Under the pieces are notes generated by a model that was given only the letters and a program-made list of their open reading frames with translations, did no database searches and was not told the DNA's origin. DNA of 14,000 nt from Takakia lepidozioides (lineage: Eukaryota > Plantae > Bryophyta). This document shows, one piece after another, positions 9,770-14,000 of this stretch. Position numbers and translations under genes: made by a program. The stretch lies in contig JAKLZA010000300.1 in the NCBI GenBank assembly GCA_030704615.1, positions 1 through 14,000 on the forward strand. Reading direction: 5' to 3'. Numbering within the stretch: the first letter of the stretch is position 1; each line of letters starts with the position of its first letter.

Positions 9770-10110
9770 ATTCCAGTCATGGAATACCCTGGCCTGTTTC
9801 AGCCACGGACGTCCCAATAATAAGGAGTAAGCCTCCATGACTTCATCCATTTTTAATACAGTTACTGTGATCATAAAGATCATTTTCTGTATCTGTATCT
9901 TAACTCCTCTTATTAATCCAATGGCTGTACACTTCTTTGATCTGCCATTGTTACTGTAAATGGGGCTGGTTTCATGTTACTTAGACCAAGCTTCTTCCTT
10001 AATTGGTCTGTCATGATATTTACTCCAGAACCACCATCTATCAGTACATCAGTTAGTTCTGTGCTTCCAATTCTCAATTGGATTACTGGCATAGAATCAT
10101 CAAAGTCCAT
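9770..10110 (-). pseudogene. pol: Aspartic protease domain of pol; frameshifted
   Basis: Catalytic motif VLIDGGSGVNIM, then VTMADQ and LLLGRPWL. Confidence 0.92.
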
Positions 10111-10649
10111 GACTGGTTTCTCGCCCTTCCGGCTTCACATTATAACTGGTCACCTTGCTGTTCAGGTCTGTGTTTCCTGTCTCTTGGGCAATTCGATTGA
10201 TTGCTTGATACAGCCTGTGCCTACAATAAGGTGCCACAGCTAATAGCTGTCCAATGGTAATTTCTGCTTTGGTCTGAATATTACTTCAGCCAAAGTCTCT
10301 TCATTACTTTGCATGTCTGCATCTTCTTTTTTCCTTTCTTCCTCACTCCCTTCTTTTCTCCATCCGAATCAGAGGAATCTGCCACAGGAATATCAGTACT
10401 CTTTGCATTTCCCTTATAGTATCTGCCACTTCCTTGTGCAGTTCCTTCTCATCTTTCCAAGTCTCTTCATCTTCAGGCATATCATTGCCACTTCCAGCTC
10501 ATCTTCTTCCTCTTCTACTGGAGGTATTAGTTTGGCTTTACTTCTTGTTACTATCATTGTACTTACTTCTGGTACAACACATGGCCTAACCATGTGAGCT
10601 GCCACCACTGGGCCCTCATTCACAGGAGCTCTCATCTCATTCTGGTGTC

Positions 10650-12505
10650 TTATCCAGAATGAACAGGCTGCCTTGCGATGTCCTGGCTGATTACAATAGT
10701 AACATAGCTCTTCACCATTGGGTCCTCGCCCTTGGTCTGTTCTTGGATTATTTCTATAATCCTGATTCCCGGGCTGGTAATTCCCCTTGGATTACCCTGA
10801 TAGTTGCCTCTGGAATTTCCTTGGTAATTCCCTCTTGAATTACCTCTCCCTTCCATGCCATTGTTATAACCACCAGACCTACCATAGTGGTCCTGATCAT
10901 TGTTTCTTCTTGGCTGGGCTGCACCTGATGCACCCTTACTTGCCTAGGTTCTCTTGCAGCTGTCCTTCTGTTGTAGTAACAATTCTCAGTAGAATGGTTA
11001 TCCATTTTACAGATAGTACAGTGTTTCTCCTTCATGTGGCATTCTGTGGTGGTATGGCCTTCATTCTGGCACTTTGCACACCATACACCCTTCCTCCAAT
11101 GTGTTGCAGCCTGTGGCATACTTCTTCAAGATTTCTTCCAATTTTTTTTATAGTTATCCTCTTCAACTTCTCCTTTCTCTTACTCTTTTTTTAGTTCTTG
11201 CTCTTCTTCTTCATCTGACTCATCCTCAGAGTCCTCATCTTCTTTTTCTCTCTCCTGAGCATTCCAATTGCTCAATTCTGTTCGCAGTTTCAAATGCCTC
11301 CTCCACTGTATTATGGGGTAACATATCCACTTTCTTTTGCAACTCTGGTCTTAGTCCACTCACAAACCAAGTCTTCTGTAACCGGGCGCTGGTACTGCAG
11401 CCAGCTTTTTCATCATCAATTCCATCTTCTCCATATCTCTTCAACAGTTTCATGCTTCTTCTGCTTCAGCTGTTGTAAACTTCCATACACTTCATCCTCA
11501 GTTTTACTTGTCCTGAACCTATTTCGAAATGCTGTTATTCAAGCCATTCCAGGTTAGGAAATGATTATCAGGGAATCTTGCATACCATTCACTTGCTTTC
11601 TTGATAAGTGAACAAGGAGGAAACAGTCTCATCTTGGCATCATCGCCATTCTCATTGTTCACTATACACATGTGCTCAAATTGGCTAATGTGTACATCGG
11701 GATCCCCTTTTCCTGAATATTGGAAAGGGTGGTTTTGCCCGTTGTTGGTGTAACGCCATCTGTGGCCCTACCTTCTGCCCACTGACAGGTGCTGGCACCT
11801 TGCTGGTGCTGGTCCTTCTGGACCTGTTGTTTTTGTGGTGGATCTCCACCACAAGTGTGGCCCTTGAGCACTCCCTGCTTCTGGCCCCACGATATTCACA
11901 GTATTCCCAGCTTCAGTTGCACTACTTCCCACACTCCCTGTCCCCCCAGAGCCAGATCCAGGCAGCCCGCCTGATCCCCCTGAGCCGACACCTTCGTTGG
12001 CCTGTGATCCAAGTGCTCCACTTGATCCAGGTCCAACGGGTTGGGATGTCCTGGTTGTAGTCAACCTCAGCTGTTGGGTCTACTTCTTCATATTCTTCCT
12101 CTTCTAATTTCTTCTCTCTGTTTTCATCCTCCAAGTTCTGCCCTTGGGTTTCTTCTTCACTCATGTAACTCAACTGTAATGGTGTTGGAGAGTCTGAAAC
12201 TCTCCGTTGGCTCTCTGCCACATCCTCTTCTTTCTTCACCTTCTGCTTCAGAAACTGGGAGTTCCTGCTTTTGGTGTTCCATGCCAACTCTTATCAAGAT
12301 TTTGTCAAGTCTTTTATCCAAGGATGTACCTCAGATCTTTCACCTCGTGATTGATCTTCTTCTGTACCAATTCCCTTAATCTTTCTTGCAAAGAAACAGA
12401 AGGAGGGCATCCAACTCTAGTTCTTCCGGTATAGGTGATGCCACTCTTTGATCTTGATGGTGTGAGAGGTCCAGATGATTCCCCTATGTCTATTCCTCTC
12501 CCCAA
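10650..12505 (-). pseudogene. gag: Gag polyprotein region (acidic and Gly/Ser-rich N-terminus, retrotransposon gag core, three CCHC zinc knuckles); frameshifted
   Basis: Gag core motif near 11730-11580 (KPPFPIF..DPDVHISQFEHMC...DDAKMRLFP..L.KKASEWY) and FVSGLRPELQKKV. Knuckles CAKCQNEGHTTTEC and CTICKMDNHSTENC at 10979-11080, and CYYCNQPGHRKAAC at 10663-10704. The start position is uncertain. Confidence 0.88.
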
Positions 12506-12519
12506 AGATATGGATAATT

Positions 12520-13203
12520 AGCTTTCAGATAGCTTTCTCTTTTTGCTGAATATCTCTGTCGTCTAGCTTCTTTTCATCACTCATGTCCCATGTCTTTCAT
12601 TTCTTTATGTGGCAATAACCAAAACTCTCTTCTGTAATATCTCTCGTATATGCCTGGTTTCTTTCAAGCTTCAATGCACCCTTGGCTATACTTGAAGTCT
12701 CCGTTACCATATAACCATATGGCAAACAAGTCTGAAAAGCTGTTCTTGGTGTGAGTTTGATCCACAAAATATCCTTTGGAATCCAATTCTTTACCAGTAC
12801 AAGCTCTTCATGCATATGAGTATAAACATTCACCTTTCTTTTTCCAGCCTTCAAACTCTACTCGTTTAATGGAAGCAATGCTATCACATAAACCAAGTGG
12901 TAACCAACGTGCTTCCTCTACAGGCTACCTGATAAATCTTTATCACTCCTTTCTCCAGACCCCATTCTGGATCAGCATCATGCACTCGTTTAAGAAATTT
13001 TCTTTACAACCGTCTGGCAATCCAAGAACCTTGAAAGAATGTTTGGACAATCTTTCTTCCTTCGTTCCACAGGGAATTTGATTCACTTCAAATTCTTTAA
13101 TGGTCCAACCACCATGATCCCACCAGATGCCTGTCACATCTGGTGGTTCATGTCCCAGGTCCCCAGTATGGTCGCCAAATGTCGCGCGGCTTTTACTCAC
13201 CAT
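12520..13203 (-). pseudogene. Unassigned ORF upstream of gag, or a long Gag N-terminal extension; frameshifted
   Basis: Successive minus-strand frames 13203-12943 (MVSKSRATFGDHTG...WRKE), a bridging frame (PVEEARWLPLGLCDSIASIKRVEFEGWK) and 12854-12597 read as globular protein sequence. No family recognised. Confidence 0.5.
13160..13177 (-). promoter_or_regulatory. Primer binding site, probably tRNA-Arg
   Basis: Minus strand TGGCGACCATACTGGGGA, 2 nt from the LTR end. It starts with TGG (complement of tRNA CCA) and resembles the plant tRNA-Arg-type PBS TGGCGACTCCACTGGGGA known from Ogre/Tat elements. Confidence 0.85.
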
Positions 13204-14000
13204 CCCTTCGCTATTCGAGGCGGAAACTCCAAGATTGAAGAGTTGGAAATCTCTAAGTACTCAGCCCGCGCAGAACAATCAGTCATGACCTACAGCTAGT
13301 GTATCATGGGGGTGTTTCCTATTTGTTTCCCTTTTGGTATTCATGTTAGCTATCTTACCATGATAATTAAGTATCAGTTTGCTTATCAATCTATTGGATC
13401 CCATCAAGTCAGCCCATTTCAATTCCACAGCTTCACTAGATCTCTCTACACAGTGTTATTTGTATCGTAAAAGTATCCGATTATGATTTATCAGGTATCA
13501 GGCCGAAGCCATTGTGTCTCTATATATGCTCTACAATATCATTACAGCCTTGCCTATATCAAGCATCTACTCATCATCTCTCTATCTTCACTTCCGTCTC
13601 CATCTTCCCCGATCCCCTTCCTCTATCCCCAAGAGTCCCTCCTCCGAATCCTCTCCCCTCTCTCCCCACCGTTCTCCATTTATCTTCCTATCCGCGGTGT
13701 TCAAAACGTTTCCCTCACTAACCGTGTCTGTGTTGAACACCTGTTTCCCCTAGAGGTGTCGCTTCCCCCACAGGTTGTTCCTGTCCTACTCTTCTGTTCC
13801 CTCATGTGATGTGCTTTGCGGCTGTGACTGGCTGTGTGAAACTGTGACGGCTGTGACTGGCTGTGCGACTGTGTTTGGCTGTGTCGGGCTGTGACTGGCT
13901 GTGTGGCTGTGTCGGGCTGTGTCGGCTGTGTCTGCTGTGACTGTGACGGGCTGTGTTGGCTGTGTCGGCTGTGACGACTGTGACGGGCTGTGTTGGCTGT
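13180..14000 (-). repeat. 5' LTR (partial, continues beyond the window)
   Basis: Direct repeat of the sequence starting at 847. On the minus strand it ends ...GCCGCGCGACA, followed by TT and the PBS. Confidence 0.92.
13819..14000. repeat. The same GGCTGTG tandem array inside the 5' LTR (partial)
   Basis: GGCTGTGACTGGCTGTGTG / GGCTGTGTCGG units at the position equivalent to 1457-1765. Confidence 0.9.

Larger units (their letters stand above)
847..14000 (-). mobile_element. Ty3/Gypsy LTR retrotransposon, non-chromovirus (Athila-like pol), with extra ORFs; 5' LTR truncated by the window edge
   Basis: Direct repeats begin TGTCGCGCGG at 847 and 13180. PBS lies next to the right LTR and PPT next to the left LTR. 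Minus-strand domain order gag-PR-RT-RH-INT is diagnostic of Ty3/Gypsy. Confidence 0.96.

Noticed and set aside
13160-13177. tRNA gene
   Set aside because: Only an 18-nt match to a tRNA 3' end next to the LTR, with no cloverleaf. It is the PBS.
13521-13528. TATA box of the LTR promoter
   Set aside because: TATATA is present in the 5' LTR, but the equivalent 3' LTR site reads TAATCTA, so it is not supported well enough to call.

Overview
The window is occupied by one large plant-type Ty3/Gypsy non-chromovirus LTR retrotransposon on the minus strand. Its 3' LTR is at 847-1886 and its 5' LTR runs from 13180 past the window edge. It has a tRNA-Arg-type PBS (13160-13177), a PPT (1887-1902) and an ~11.3 kb interior. 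Read on the minus strand, the interior holds an unassigned 5' ORF starting inside the LTR, then gag (three CCHC knuckles), protease, RT, RNase H and integrase (Athila-like motifs, no chromodomain, no extra RNase H seen), a CACAGCC tandem array, and a ~3.6-3.8 kb sense-strand extra coding region ending next to the PPT. That region looks like one ~1200 aa protein: a plant-transposon (ATHILA-ORF/Transposase_32-like) domain, a disordered linker, a long coiled coil and an unrecognised globular C-terminal domain. The element sits antisense inside a sibling of its own family (1-846). All ORFs are broken mainly by 1-nt indels while catalytic motifs remain intact, which may reflect long-read error rather than decay. 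The most notable features are the accessory gene, the shared motif arrays in the LTR and upstream of it, and a possible splice joining an LTR ATG to it. Domain calls come from motif recognition by eye; no database searches were run.
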